Assembly: GCA_013265495.1 (NCBI GenBank)
Contig: MU058844.1
Span: 9,196,184-9,260,183, forward strand
Length of the DNA: 64,000 bases
Origin: Vicugna vicugna
Lineage: Eukaryota
Direction of reading: 5' to 3'
Each line of letters opens with the position of its first letter. The first letter of the stretch is position 1. Both the position numbers and the translations under genes were made by a program. The notes below the pieces were generated by a model. The model was not told the origin of the DNA. It searched no databases and was given only the letters and a program-made list of their open reading frames with translations. Positions 40,641 to 53,373 of this stretch are shown piece after piece.

Positions 40641-41515
40641 AGTATATGATGTAAGAAGGGAAGATCTATATAGAATGATTAATATTTTCCTTAGATTAGA
40701 TACAGAGAATAATATCAGTTAAATGCTAAATTACATATTGTTGCTTTCCAATCCAGAGAAAATAATTGCCTCTGTGCAGGTACTTTGTGTATGCACAGAG
40801 AGGGAAGAATTTTTAGCATTAAGACATAATAAAATCAGCAACCAGAATCACACTGTAAAACAGCAACCAGAGTTAAACTATGCTTTTAGTGGCATCTAAT
40901 GGGCACATGTATTTATTAGAAGGACGGTGACCAGCCTGCATAGATTTTTCAAAAAATTACAAGTTAATTCTGTTATCAGTTGAAATCTAACAAATGACAA
41001 ATTAAGTTTCTTACACCAAATATAAGATATAGTATCCCATTTGAGCCAGGCTGTCTCAAATATAGATTTCCCATAACATATATCTTTTGTATACATAAAA
41101 GCAAACTTCATGAAATATTTAAGTGTGTAAGTCAAATAGAGTTTACCCAACATTTATTCAAATAAGTATATCATCTCCTACCATAAAACCAGTTGGCATT
41201 AAGTGGAACAAAGCACGTCTAATGTTCTTTTTGAAAAAACTCTAGGGTTTTATTTTAGATTTTAAAAGATTTTACTTTTATATATGTCTTAGATTTGAAA
41301 TCTTATGAGTTTTTAATGAAAACATTTATAATTCAAGTCTCCTGCATTCTCATTTTGGAATCACTAGAACTCAAAAGAAAGCATAGTATTTCATGTGTAT
41401 AGCTTCCAGACTGCATGCAAATAATCAATATTACATGTTTCTAAGCACACAGTTTTAAGCTCCTGGGCTAGTTTACCTGTTTTTATTGAATCAAATAATA
41501 ACTCTGTACTGGCAG

Positions 41516-41675
41516 AGTGATGACAAGAATTTCAGGCGTGGGTCGACCTGGAGAAGGCAATTTCCTCCCCGTGAAGTACATGGAATCAGCATGATGCCTG
41601 GGTCCTCAGAAACATTACCGGCTGGATTTAGGTTAACCACAACTTCTGGGCAGTCAAGGAAAATGACAACGGATG
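41516..41675 (+). CDS. PPFIA2: Liprin-alpha-2 exon: SDDKNFRRGSTWRRQFPPREVHGISMMPGSSETLPAGFRLTTTSGQSRKMTTD
   Basis: tggcag| acceptor, ATG|gtacag donor; 160 nt, phase 0 to 1; this region looks specific to alpha-2 among liprins. Confidence 0.95.
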
Positions 41676-42867
41676 GTACAGTAGTTTTGCATTTCTGCTT
41701 ATAAAGTATAAAGCTTGTTTAGCAAATGCTGTCATTCTCTGATCTTGCACAGCTTTCTGGAATTGATTCTTGTCTTGAGTTGGTTTGCTCTGCTTGAAGT
41801 TTACTTTGCTTTCATTAGACCATACTCTTTTGTAAACTGCTAATGCATGAACTCATGGCACTTTATTCACATTAAAAAAATAATTTAAAATACCCCCCCA
41901 AAGGACAAATTTGGCTAATGTCCACATCTAGGAAGAAAAATAAACATCTGCATGATTTGTGTTTCTTTACTCTTCTATTTGCCAAGTAAATAATTTGTTT
42001 AGAAGTTGAATTTGGACTAAAGGTCCTTAGTAAATGGAAATTAACTCCACTGCCACCCTACATGTTTGAATATTGCAAGTTCTATATTTCATCTTAGAAA
42101 CTCAGACTCATCAGATATTTTCACCTCTGACCAAGGCAGAAGGCCTTAAATAAACAAGCACAACTATGAGAAGAGAACTAAACAAACACAAAACCAACAG
42201 TAATTTCCAACTAGTATTTCCTTCTGTGGACATTAGACTTGTGTTATATATGTCACAAAGGAAAACAGCCATTCTGGAGGAGAGACAACTTTGAGATGGC
42301 AGTCACTAAGTTATTTCTGTTTGGTAGGCATTAAGCAAAAAAGTCCCACTCTCTTTACTGAGACAGTCACCTAGAATCATTCTTTCTTTTCACGGTGATA
42401 TTGTCATGGCCTTTATACTTGTCATGGTTCCAATATAAACCATGATTTTTGATCTACATTTCTTCTAATTTGTTAATATTATTAACACGTTAGCAAAATT
42501 CATGAGGAGTTCAACACGATTAAAATGAGTGTAGCTTTTCAATATTGGAGGGGAAAAAAAATCCATCATAATGAATTCTCGAAGAGCAATCTTTGCTTCA
42601 AAAACAGAGCACCCAGGGGAGCTGTTCTTGTTACAGATTTCATCCAAGGAGGAATGTACAACTTGAAAGCTCAGTTGAATCACATTGGAATAAATTTTCA
42701 TTAGTAACTTGGTCTAGAGAAAAGGAAGACGAGTGGCTTCTATCTGAGAGAAAGAAGGTCTTTTAATAAGTTTAGATCCCTTTCTGCAGGGAAAAAGAAA
42801 TCTTTCTCATCTGAAATTTTGTACTCAATCATCCGAGTCCCTCTAAAGCCCTTTTCTCCGTTTGCAG

Positions 42868-42926
42868 TTGCCTCATCAAGACTGCAGAGGTTAGACAGCT
42901 CCACTGTTCGCACATACTCATGTTGA
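42868..42926 (+). CDS. PPFIA2: Liprin-alpha-2 last coding segment: (V)ASSRLQRLDSSTVRTYSC*; the exon continues as UTR to 42959
   Basis: ttgcag| acceptor, TGA at 42924-42926, donor GCT|gtgagt after 42959; ends in the liprin-alpha PDZ ligand VRTYSC. Confidence 0.95.
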
Positions 42927-45361
42927 CAAGGCACTCAAAGGAGGCAGCACTGACTTGCTGTGAGTAGCTTTCCTTGGCTGACAAAATACAAACCTCCAAA
43001 AAAAATGGAACCTCCATAGACTAGTAAATATACACAAGACTTTTTGGGATGGCCTAGCAGTACAGAGTGAGATAACCCCTTTGAATTGCTCGAGGGTGGA
43101 AAGGAATCTATATTGTAACTCTTCATCTAGGATTACCGATCACCGTCTGTCTGCTCTGGTTTAAGGTCTGTCTGTTGGAGGCCTGTCACTATCTTATTAC
43201 ACGTCAACAGGCTGCTACCACACTGGCCTCTACTTTTTAGTAGCATTTTATATCGATGCACATAGCATTTTATTGATGAGAGTTTGGCACTTACAGAGTA
43301 ATACACTTTTAGGTGAGTATTCTATGTAGGGGAAGCTGAAATAGGCAGACAGAATTCTAGCAGGTACATAGAGTCAAATAGTGGCAGAGACAGGAAAATG
43401 ATTTGGAAATGATTTCATATGAAAATCAAAAGTATAACTGAAAAGTCTGAGCTATTAGTATGTTGTTTTTCATCAATGTGATTTATATTTGTTGAAAATG
43501 AATAAGAATTCTAAGTATTATGGCATAAGAACAAAGTGAAATTACTTTATAAAAATGGCAGACAGAACTAACAGAAAACCTTGCTGTATAATCATAAGAT
43601 ATAAGGCATTTGCATTTAGAAAAATATTAATTGATGGAATCTACTTCCAAATCCATATGAAAATGGAGTTTTGTTGAAAAACAGTGTTAGTAAAACTGTT
43701 GTTTTCCTCGATTATAAATGTTAAGAACTCATAAAAAAAAATTTTTTAACCCAAGACTGTGCTTTACCAAAATATTCTAACATTTATGACAAATTAATAT
43801 TTTGGAAAAAAAAGACACTCTTTAGAGCAATATTTAAAACCAAATGTGTGCACAGGGATGGAGAGAGGAACAGCTCATCTTGTGCTGTTTATTCATTGCC
43901 TTGAACTAAAAGCTCCACAGAGTTTATGGATGGTCTTTGTACCCTCATACAGGAGCTGATATGCTGCCTTATTTGGGTCACTATATGAAGCTGCTGCTGA
44001 TAAAACAAAAAGCTTTCAGATAAGAGATTTCATCTCAGAATGTAAAACCCTAAAATTAAAATTTTAATTATGGTATATGATTCGGCATCTCATTAGGCAT
44101 AATCTAAAAGTATGTAATAATTTGGCTAAATAAGAGGCTTTCCAAAATACTGTTTGTAATAGCTGCTACACATGACATGATAATTTCCCAGGAACTGAAT
44201 ACTTCACTAAGTTACAGATGACTATTCAATATTTTGAGTAGTGCTTGCTTCTTAGCTCTTGACTGATGGGTAGAATGACTCTTTTAACTATTTGCAATCT
44301 GTATTTTGTGCATGGCATTTTAGTTCCTATTTTCTAATTTTTACCATTAAATGGGATAAAGGTATTTATTTCCAGTAAGTTAATATGGGACAACAAAGTT
44401 ATATTTTGATGAAACACTAGCACTTTTTTCAATTAAAATAATTCAGAACACATTATTTATGATTTCTCTTGTATCAGGATACTAATTGTGATTTTTCCCT
44501 AATTGTATTTATTATGACTGGAAGGAATCAGTGACGCCACATCACTGACCCAAATTCTTTATGTTATGATTATCATTACGTTTTTGTCACAATTAAATAA
44601 AGGTATCTCTTGAAGAGCTCTAAAATATATGAATTAGAATACAAATCTATTCCATGGAATAGGTCAACTCAACTCATTTCAGCAAGCTGGACATTTTTCA
44701 GAAAGACTGCTGACATTTTCTGTGAATATCTGTGTTTATATCTCTGCCACACTTTCCTTGACAAAATTGAGCAAATCTTATCTATGAAGCTCGCCTGCAC
44801 AAAATTGGAGAAGAGCAAATGTTAATTACATAGAGTATTGGTTAGACCCGAGATGATCTCCTCCTCATTGTCTGTTGGGACAGAAGTAGGCAGGATGCAT
44901 GGAGGTGCACCAGGACTAGCAGAGGGAGATTTTCCTGTCTGAACCTTTCAGTCAACTAATGCTGTCCGTTACGTATTTTAGATGTCGTCTTTTCAGTCTA
45001 CTCTACCTAAAGTGCACTACCGTCCAAGAAGACAAGCAGTGAAAACCTTTGTGAAGACTGAATTCTAAGGAAATAACCACAACTCATGGTTCATTTAAGC
45101 TGAAAATGTGATTTGGGGGTGGGGGGAGTCAGATATTAAGTTTGATTAGTTTACTACAATTGTAAGAAAATACTTAAGTCATTTGAATAATAAGCACCAT
45201 CCACATCATAAATTCTGTACAACAGATGCTTTTATGAAATGGAGCCACGCGTTTTACATGTTTTACTGTAATATACTAGGCATTTATGTATTACTGTGTA
45301 TGTATTTCTTTTTAAATGTGTAAGTCTTATGTAAATGGATATAAATATGATTTTTTAAAGA

Positions 45362-45367
45362 AATAAA
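45362..45367 (+). terminator. Candidate proximal polyadenylation signal of PPFIA2
   Basis: AATAAA preceded by several TGTA motifs in a U-rich stretch. Confidence 0.55.
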
Positions 45368-46350
45368 ATATATAGTTCATGAAGTCTTGAGTGCAAACAT
45401 TTGACAGTTCCAAGTACTGTTTGTATTTTACCATTCCACCATTTTTACAGTTTTTGAATTGTAACAGTCAAATTGATGTTTCCAGGAAGCATGTCTTCTG
45501 CTTCCACATGTTTTTCCTTCAAGTCTGTCAATCCTTAAAGCTGAAAACCTGCCTCTGATCATGTAAAAAAGAATGATTTAACCTGGAACTGGAGCCAAAA
45601 ATAGACCTTTAAAGGCAATCAGGGATGTCCTATATCTTCAGAAATAGCACTGTGATGGCTCGATCTCCTTTTCAATACAGAACAAAGCCAAACTGTTTAC
45701 AAGTCAAAAGCAATTATTAAAAAAGAATTTATAAAGAAAAAATATTATCTTCTCTTGTTACCTGTGGACTAAAGGAAAAAAAAAACTTCTTTACTAAAAA
45801 CGACATGTCCATCCAAACATCTTGAACCGCCAGCCAGCACTGTTCAGTGAATATCAACCACTGCAGAGTCTGAGGTCATTTCCACTGGAAAAAAAAAAAA
45901 AAACCCAGAAACCCTTCCCTTTTGTCAGTGTAACAGGGCATTAGCCAGACTCATGTCTAACGTTATATGCTTTTAGCTGAGAAGGCCTTGTGACTTCCCT
46001 GAAGTCAGTCTTATCAGAGGAAATAGAAGAAAGACAGAATGATCAACATATATAATGTACAAACGTATAGAGGAGTAATCTCTTCCCTGTGGCTTTATTT
46101 GGTGGTGTTACTGTTGTTTATTCTTTGTTTATATGGGAGACTTCAAAGTAAAACCTATTTAATAACAACATTTATCTAACTGCTGATTTTCTGCTGGTTG
46201 ATCGTATTAAGCGCAAGACCTGTCACTAGTAATTCCTTTTTTGTATTTAATTTGCTATGTTTGCACGTACATTACATTTGTTTTTGATGTCGATTTTTGT
46301 TTAACAGATTCAGTCAAAAGGTAATGGTAACAGAAACCCTCTCCATTGTC

Positions 46351-46356
46351 AATAAA
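46351..46356 (+). terminator. Candidate distal polyadenylation signal of PPFIA2
   Basis: AATAAA followed by GT/T-rich sequence at ~46375-46400. Confidence 0.6.
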
Positions 46357-46483
46357 AAAAAAGATACTTACAGTTCTCTGTTTAAGCTTTGTTTTCTAGT
46401 CACATCCAGTTTAAAAATTAAACTGTAATGAAAATCATGCCTTTAGTGATTCTCAATCTAGTATTTGTCTTCGAAAGTGAGTC

Positions 46484-46502
46484 TGCCACAAGAGGGAGCA
46501 CT
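46484..46502 (+). promoter_or_regulatory. CTCF-like motif between the convergent genes
   Basis: TGCCACAAGAGGGAGCACT matches 12 of 14 positions of the CCASYAGRKGGCRS core. Confidence 0.5.
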
Positions 46503-47094
46503 AAACTTGCTTATAAGAGTGATTTTAAAGTTTCTAAAAATGTTGCCTGATTAGAAACAATGGGAAAGAGCTTTACTTACAGAAATGAAATTAATAAAAC
46601 AATGGTGTCATCATAATATAAAATAGATTTACATCTACTGTTATGCACAAATTAATTGCAGAAACAGTGCTTCTCCTTTAGAGATCACCTAGTAAGAAAT
46701 AGTAATCTTTTCTACTAGACTCTAACACATAGGGATATAAAAGATCCAGCTAGTTGCCTCAAAGACCATAAAATATTTTTCAATGTATAACATCATTTCT
46801 GCCACATTCTAATATCCATTTAATGGATTAAGCTTAGAACCTTGGTTTTTCTTCCTTTTGACCCTCTGTCAGCCTTAAGCATTTTCATATTTTTATAAAT
46901 CAGAGACTTTACAAATATAACTTTCTATAAATAAGACTGCTTTTTAAATGTAAAGCAGTTCTCATTTGTATATATTTAATGCATTTTCACAAGCCATACA
47001 ACTCAATTAATTGGCAAACACTTTTCTATAGATTTGAAAATATTTATATTTTAATTTTTCCAATATCTTACAGTAAAACATTCTATGAAAATAC

Positions 47095-49218
47095 TGTAAG
47101 AAGAACTTGCAGAATTTATTTCAGCAAATGTAGCATGATTACATTTTAGTAACATTGTTATTTTTAAAGACACATATAATTCAAAATATGTTAAGTACTA
47201 CCAAGTGAAAGTGTTTTATGGTAAGTATTAAAATAGAAAATTCTTTTTATTTTCCTTCAAAAATTTAAGCAATCTGATGACTTGACTGTGTCTTTCTTGC
47301 TCCACATTTACTCTTATGAGAGTAACAGTACTCTCTCTGACCCTGCAAAGGAGATCGATTTCCTCAGCCAGATACAGGAAAACGCCACTTCCCCAGGCTT
47401 GTGCACTGTTTTCCAGTCCTACTCAGCTAGAAAATAACTCAAGCCTGCTTGCTCAAGAGTCCCTTCAGATTTGATTACCAGGAAAAATGTGCAAGAGGAT
47501 CAAAGAGGTAAAAACCTTTACACAATTCTTGGATCTGCCTGAGTTTATACTTTGCAAATGAACAACGATACACATTCAGCTAAAGAATCTACCATGTCAA
47601 GTTAACTGAATTTTAAATGAAAAAATAAGGTAATACAGTTTAATGCTAAGACGTTAAAAAATGTTATTATTTCTTAAGATTACAGATGCGATAATGGATA
47701 AAGTGTACCGAAAAGAAGAGAGAGTTTAAGGAACGCCACAGCTTCAAATTTCAAGTTGAAAGTCTATCTAAATGGTCTAACTCAGGCTACTAAAATAATT
47801 AAAGGGAACAACTAGATGAATATATTTTTCAGGTGTAATAATGAAAAAGTCAATTTAAGCAAATAACATTGTAATTTGAGAAGCCAGTTATTTTATAGCC
47901 TACAGTTCAAAAGAACCTAACATTTTCAGAATGCTTTATACAAGTTGTCAGCAATTTTTATGAAACAAACAAGTAAATAAGCTCTTACCTATTATGTCTC
48001 ATACATCTTTCATGCACCCAGACTATTATATTAGGAGAGTTGCTCTTAAAAATAATGTTCCTGATGGACTGAAACAGGATTACTTTGAGAACCATCAAGG
48101 ACTCAGTGAGTATGGTATATTTTTTTGTTTAAATGCATTCTTTGATAACTGATATCATGTAGACCCTTACGTAAGTCAAATTTATAATTATCTGTATCTA
48201 CTCTTTTAATTGGCACATTACCATAAGCTCATTAACAAAGACTCATTTTCAGTTATTATTTTTTAATGCTCAATAGTTTCGTAGACGTTTACATGAAAAG
48301 ATGTGCTTTGATGGGACAATTTTTTTAGCAAGTTATTTAAAAATTAGAGATTTCACATAACATTTGGATTTTTGGTTTCTCTTAAAACACTTCCTGGTCT
48401 TTAGCATTATGTAAAAATGTTGCCATTTCTTTCTTTAGAGGTTTCCTTGCCAGTGTACCCATTTCTACATCATTCCCTTTCCAAAAGAAGCTGGAATCAT
48501 TAAGAAGTACACAGTCAACTAAGAACCTGAGAAGGGAGGGGCTCCAAAGAGCCCTCATCTCTCTGACGAGATTGGATTAACTGACTTCTAGGCTCTCTTG
48601 CAGACAAGTTGATTTCCCCTGAATAAGTAACAAAACGACAAAAGAGGGCTGAACTCTGGTACCCAGGCTTCCCTCAGGAAATGTGTGACTAAATAGATTT
48701 TCCTACCTAGGAAATCATGTCTAGATGATTAGCTAAAACTTCCCATTTCATTCATTTCATTTAAATAACCATGCATGTGGGCATCTCAAGAATATTAGAA
48801 ACTATTAGAATTTCTATAAGAAAATTGATTCAACTTGAGTTTTAGATTTTGGTCAAAGCTGCATGCAGAGTCCTAATTTCAGGAAGCAGCTCAATATTAG
48901 TGTCATTTTCAATTAAAATATTTTGGGGGGGGATACAGTTTTTTAAAATCATACCTTGGATATATCTTTCTTAAACTGAAGTGCTGGAAAACCTGTAATG
49001 AGTCATGTTACCGGCAACTGGTAATGGTGCTAATTGGTCTAATCAAATACAAGGCACAGGTCTCTTACCAGTCTTCAAGTAGATTTTTCTTAGACCAAGC
49101 TTTACAATTAACAGTTTGCAAGTAATTTCTATGTAAATAATGATTTCTGGGAAATAATTCCAAAAACTTGACTCTAATTAGAAAAGTGACTCAAGAAAAA
49201 AGAAAAAAACAAAAGAAG
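47095..49218 (-). other. ACSS3: ACSS3 3' UTR (end uncertain)
   Basis: downstream of the stop; minus-strand ATTAAA at 48262-48267 and AATAAA at 47246-47251 and 47115-47120. Confidence 0.5.
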
Positions 49219-49287
49219 TCATGATGCCTGCTTCAGTACTTCTTCTATGTACCCAAAAATGCTGGGGTCTTCGATTGTAGGAGTCAC
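49219..49287 (-). CDS. ACSS3: ACSS3 last coding exon: VTPTIEDPSIFGYIEEVLKQAS*
   Basis: ttccag| acceptor, TGA at 49221-49219; typical acetyl-CoA synthetase C-terminal TIEDPS. Confidence 0.94.
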   Translation of the reverse strand: MTPTIEDPSIFGYIEEVLKQAS

Positions 49288-50134
49288 CTGGAAAGAAAAT
49301 TAAGAGTCAGATGAAGGCTCTTCCTTGAACCCCTTCTACTCTTCTATACAATTAAACAATTATGTGCAATCTTGTTTTCCCCATATCTTACACTCATCGA
49401 GAAATGTTCAAAAATAGGGAACTTTGAACTTTAAATTTTAAAATGTATCTATAGAAAAGAAATGGTTCAGTTAGCAAAACTATTAGTCCTAGGTGGTACT
49501 TTCTCTTATGGGTCCTTCAATATGCTGATTCTGTCGAAAGAATTTTCTTTTTTGCATTTGCTCATACAACTACTATTTACTGTTTGTTACATCACTGTTT
49601 ATTAGATCTTGATGAATAAAAATATGTACATCTATGCCCATGTAATGTGCACAAAATTGAAAGAATGCATATACTTGAATTTCCTAAAATACTTTTCACT
49701 CAAAACAAGAAAAATAATGAGTATATACATCCATTGCCACCTTTAAAATATCTATAGCAGCCTCAACTTTTTGCTTTCTCACTAATAGTCACTAATGACT
49801 GCAATGAAGGGAAATTTATCTTTAATTTAATAAGATTGAGTTTCCACAAGTTTGTTTGAATTTAACTGACATGTTTACTAATAGTAATATATTTTCACAA
49901 AAGGGTTCTTAACATTAAAGCACACAGTCTTAATCTGTGTTTCTCTCCAAAACCCTCATACCTACACAGAGGATGGGTATGCAATTTCCCCCTTAACATT
50001 AAAAAAAAAGTACTATTACGTGTTTGTTAGGGATATAATCCATGCTTGAGAACTATTTTTAAGAGCTTTGTTGATGCCAAAGAAATAGGGGAAAACACTT
50101 CAGAACCGAGCATTAAATATCCTTGATAATTTAC

Positions 50135-50310
50135 CTCATAGGGCTTGCCATTGACAAGGTCAGACAGAGCTGAGCGGGGAATTTTGCCGGATCTGGTTTT
50201 GGGTAACTGTTTGACAAACACCACCTTTCGAAAAGCAGCCACGGGTCCAATGGTCTGTCTAACGTGTTTCACAATTTCTTCTACAACTTGTTCCTCTGTT
50301 GTGTTTAAAT
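50135..50310 (-). CDS. ACSS3: ACSS3 exon: (D)LNTTEEQVVEEIVKHVRQTIGPVAAFRKVVFVKQLPKTRSGKIPRSALSDLVNGKPYE
   Basis: ccctag| acceptor after an 82-nt intron, GAG|gtaaat donor; contains the LPKTRSGK catalytic-lysine motif. Confidence 0.96.
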
Positions 50311-50392
50311 CTAGGGAGAAAGTTCAGATGGTAAGCTCTGAATTAACCTGAATCATTCAGGGCCCAAACAGGGAGGACCAGAGATCGCTCAC

Positions 50393-50492
50393 CTTTTTTC
50401 AACACGCAGAGTGCTAACGGGACATGACCTTTTAAAGGATCCTCCTTGCCAACAACGGCACAGTCAGCCACAGTGCCGTGGGAAAGAATAGA
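50393..50492 (-). CDS. ACSS3: ACSS3 exon: SILSHGTVADCAVVGKEDPLKGHVPLALCVLKK(D)
   Basis: ttacag| acceptor, AAG|gtgagc donor; 100 nt, phase 0 to 1. Confidence 0.96.
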
Positions 50493-51369
50493 CTGTAATG
50501 AAAAAAATTCACTTAGAATATATGTGAAAATATATATATGTATGAATATATACACACAGTATGTATAATTTCAATTGGGAGAAAAAGTCCATGTCAGAGA
50601 ACTCAAAAACCCGTAGCTGCCTGTGTGAAAATTACTACCACCTCACCATTCACATGATTATCACTGAGGTAAATAGCTGGGCTCCCCGTGGTGGTCACTC
50701 ACTAAGGGCTGACAGTAATTAGGACCAATTGCTTAGCTTACCTGGAAAGCAAGGGAATTGTTTCTTCATCTCAATTGTTTATTAATGAAGTCAAGGAAAA
50801 TAAGCAGTGGATACCACTTGGAAATCACCCGCAAGGGAACTTCTGAAAACAGATGGCCTCATGGTGATGTGGCCTTAGTGCTGGCTACCGTAAGGATACT
50901 CTACAGAGGAACCCAAGGCAGCCCCACCGATAAATAGTGATTTTACTTCTGCCTCTGTTCCTGAGCAATGAACAGAACACACGGCTTTTCCTGAGTGACT
51001 GCCCATCCAGAGAGGATTTTCCACGACATGGAGAAGAGGCTGGACACGAAGTGAAGCCCAGATGTCAGACAATCACCACAGTTGAGGAACCATTTTCATA
51101 TTGTTCACCCTAAGCTCTAAATGCCTTAAAGAGCAAAGCAGCTTTCTTTCTGGAATCATAGAACCTACCGACTTGAATAACCACGTGAAATACAGAAGCT
51201 TAGAGTTAAAAAAAAATTCTGCTGTGATGAAACTTTTAAAAATGAATGTTAAAACGGTTCTTTTCTGAGAGATTAATATATATTTCAGTGACTCCAAACC
51301 CCTAACGGCTGGGGAAAACAGTGAGCAAACTTGTAACCAAGAGCTAGCTTGACAGTCCTCATCCTTTCT

Positions 51370-52990
51370 TCCATTCATTCATTCAACAAACACTAAATAC
51401 TTCCTGTCTTCCAACCTCCTCTATTGCCCTAGGCTCCAGCGGTGAGCAAAAATAGTCTGAGTATTGCCTCATGGTGCTTACAGTCTAGTGGGGGAGGGCG
51501 ATATTAATCAATAATAATGAATATTTAATTAGAATGGATGTTTAAATACACAAGCAGTGCAGGCTCTGGGGAAATAACTTGGATTTTTAAATGACAGATT
51601 TAGCAAAAGCAACAAACTTAGCAGCAGAAGACTATGGGTCTCAGAGAAGCCTGCCTTTAGGAAGTGAAGGTGAGCACAGGCGTAAAGGCTGCATAGACAT
51701 TGATTAAGCGAGGACAAGGGGCAAAGCAAAAGCCCCGTGGAGAGACTGGGCAGGTACCATTCAAGTCGAAGAGAAACCACTGTGGCTTGGAAAGCAGAGA
51801 GCAAGGATGAGAATGGTGCAAGAGGCAATGAGGCTACAGAGGGAGAGAAGGGCTGTGCTCGGGACATCCAACTCTTATTTTAGCAGCACTGGGAAGGTAA
51901 CAAAGCACTTTCAGGAAGTAAAGAGCGATGCATCAGCAGAATGGATTTTTTAAAATAAACTTTACTTCTCAGAGTGGTTTTAGATTCACCAGAAAACTGG
52001 GTGGAGAACACAGAGTTCCCACACACCCGCTCCCATTTACACACAGCCTGCACACATCAAACTCCCTCGCCGAGGGGGTCGTCGTTAGGACTGAAAAACC
52101 AGCACTGACACAGAATCCTCACCCTAGTCCACAGTTTACATCAGACTTTGCTCTTGGTGTTATACAAGCTTTGGGTTTTATGCCACAGAGCCATGATTAT
52201 AGTATTTTACAGAATAGTTTCACTGCTCTAAAAATCCCTTGTACTCTGCCTGTTCATCCCTCACTTCCAGGTAACTCCCGACAACCACTGATTTTTTTTT
52301 TTTTTTACTGTCTCCAAAGTTCTTTTCCAGAATGTTAACATAGTTGACATCATACAGTATGCAGCCTTTACAGACTGACTTCTTCCACTGAAGAATGGAT
52401 TTTGAAAAGCATAAACTTACTTTCGTCTCAGTGTGAAGATTAGAGGATTGCTGAAGGTGGGTGTCACAGTTTACGCAGGGAGACCACCCGAGAGGCTATG
52501 ATAGTAGACTAAGGTTATGGTAGTGGGTATAAAAAGATCCCAGTTTCTTTAGAGGTAAAATGAACAAAATTTGATGATAAATTAGATATGAAGCAAGAAG
52601 TCAGAAGAGTTAAAGATCCCTGTGGTTCTTGGCTTGAGTAGGTTATTGGATAGTGGTGTCATTTTCTAAGCCAGAAAATGTGATTGTGGGCTAGGCTTGG
52701 GAGGAAGGATCATGTGTTACATCTTGGAGCTATTCCATTGACGTCCCTTTTACACATCCCAGTTGAGGCACTTGGATCTGAGGAGAGTCTTACTTTGGAG
52801 ATGTGTATTTGAATGTCACTGATGTACAGAAGATAGTGAAAGCTATGGACATGGATGAAATTATTTAGGGAGAAAGACGAGAGAAAGAAAGGTAAAAGCC
52901 ATAAAGAACTCCAACATCTAATGACCATATGAAAAAGGAACAGCTGACAAACTCAACCAAAAAGGCATAGCCAGAGAGGGAGGAGAAAAA
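51370..52990 (-). mobile_element. L2 element interrupted by an L1 insertion at 51950-52391
   Basis: cattcattcattcaacaaaca tail; purine-rich L2 body on both sides of the insertion. Confidence 0.75.
51950..52391 (-). mobile_element. L1 3' end (L1MC/MB-like) with exact 12-bp target-site duplication
   Basis: AGAATGGATTTT at 51938-51949 and 52392-52403; ggttttagattcaccagaaaactg...gttccc 3'-end pattern. Confidence 0.8.
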
Positions 52991-53373
52991 CAGAATTTGA
53001 GATATGCCACTAAAAATTCCAAACTTTCTATAAAAAAAATTTAAGTCATGTTGAAAATGAGCTTTCTCTTCTCCGAACTCCTAGAAGACTCGATAGACTG
53101 CTCACATGTTTGGTACAAACCAGTGTACGAACTCGCCCTGCCCCTAATGAAGCATGCAAATCAGGATTCCTCCCATAGCCTACTGTGAGCATCAGACTTG
53201 AAGTCCTCAGTGGTCAGGGCTGCCATCCACATAGTTTTTGACTCCTACAGTGCTGAGAATAATACATGTCCTATAAATGGTTTTGTACTATGTGTTTTAG
53301 TCACTTCACTGCTGAGGTAAACGCGCCCATGCCTTCTTTCCATTAGCTGGGTCTGACTGAAAGCTTCCGCAAA

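Larger units (their letters stand above)
44982..46375 (+). other. PPFIA2: PPFIA2 terminal exon (3' UTR; first 29 nt would be coding in an exon-skipped isoform); 3' end approximate
   Basis: branch-like ctaat 44956-44960, ttttag| acceptor, AATAAA at 45362-45367 and 46351-46356; no repeats recognised. Confidence 0.75.

Noticed and set aside
41676..41704. Read-through C-terminus GTVVLHFCL* by intron retention
   Set aside because: Only an in-frame run to the next stop; no independent support for a terminal exon
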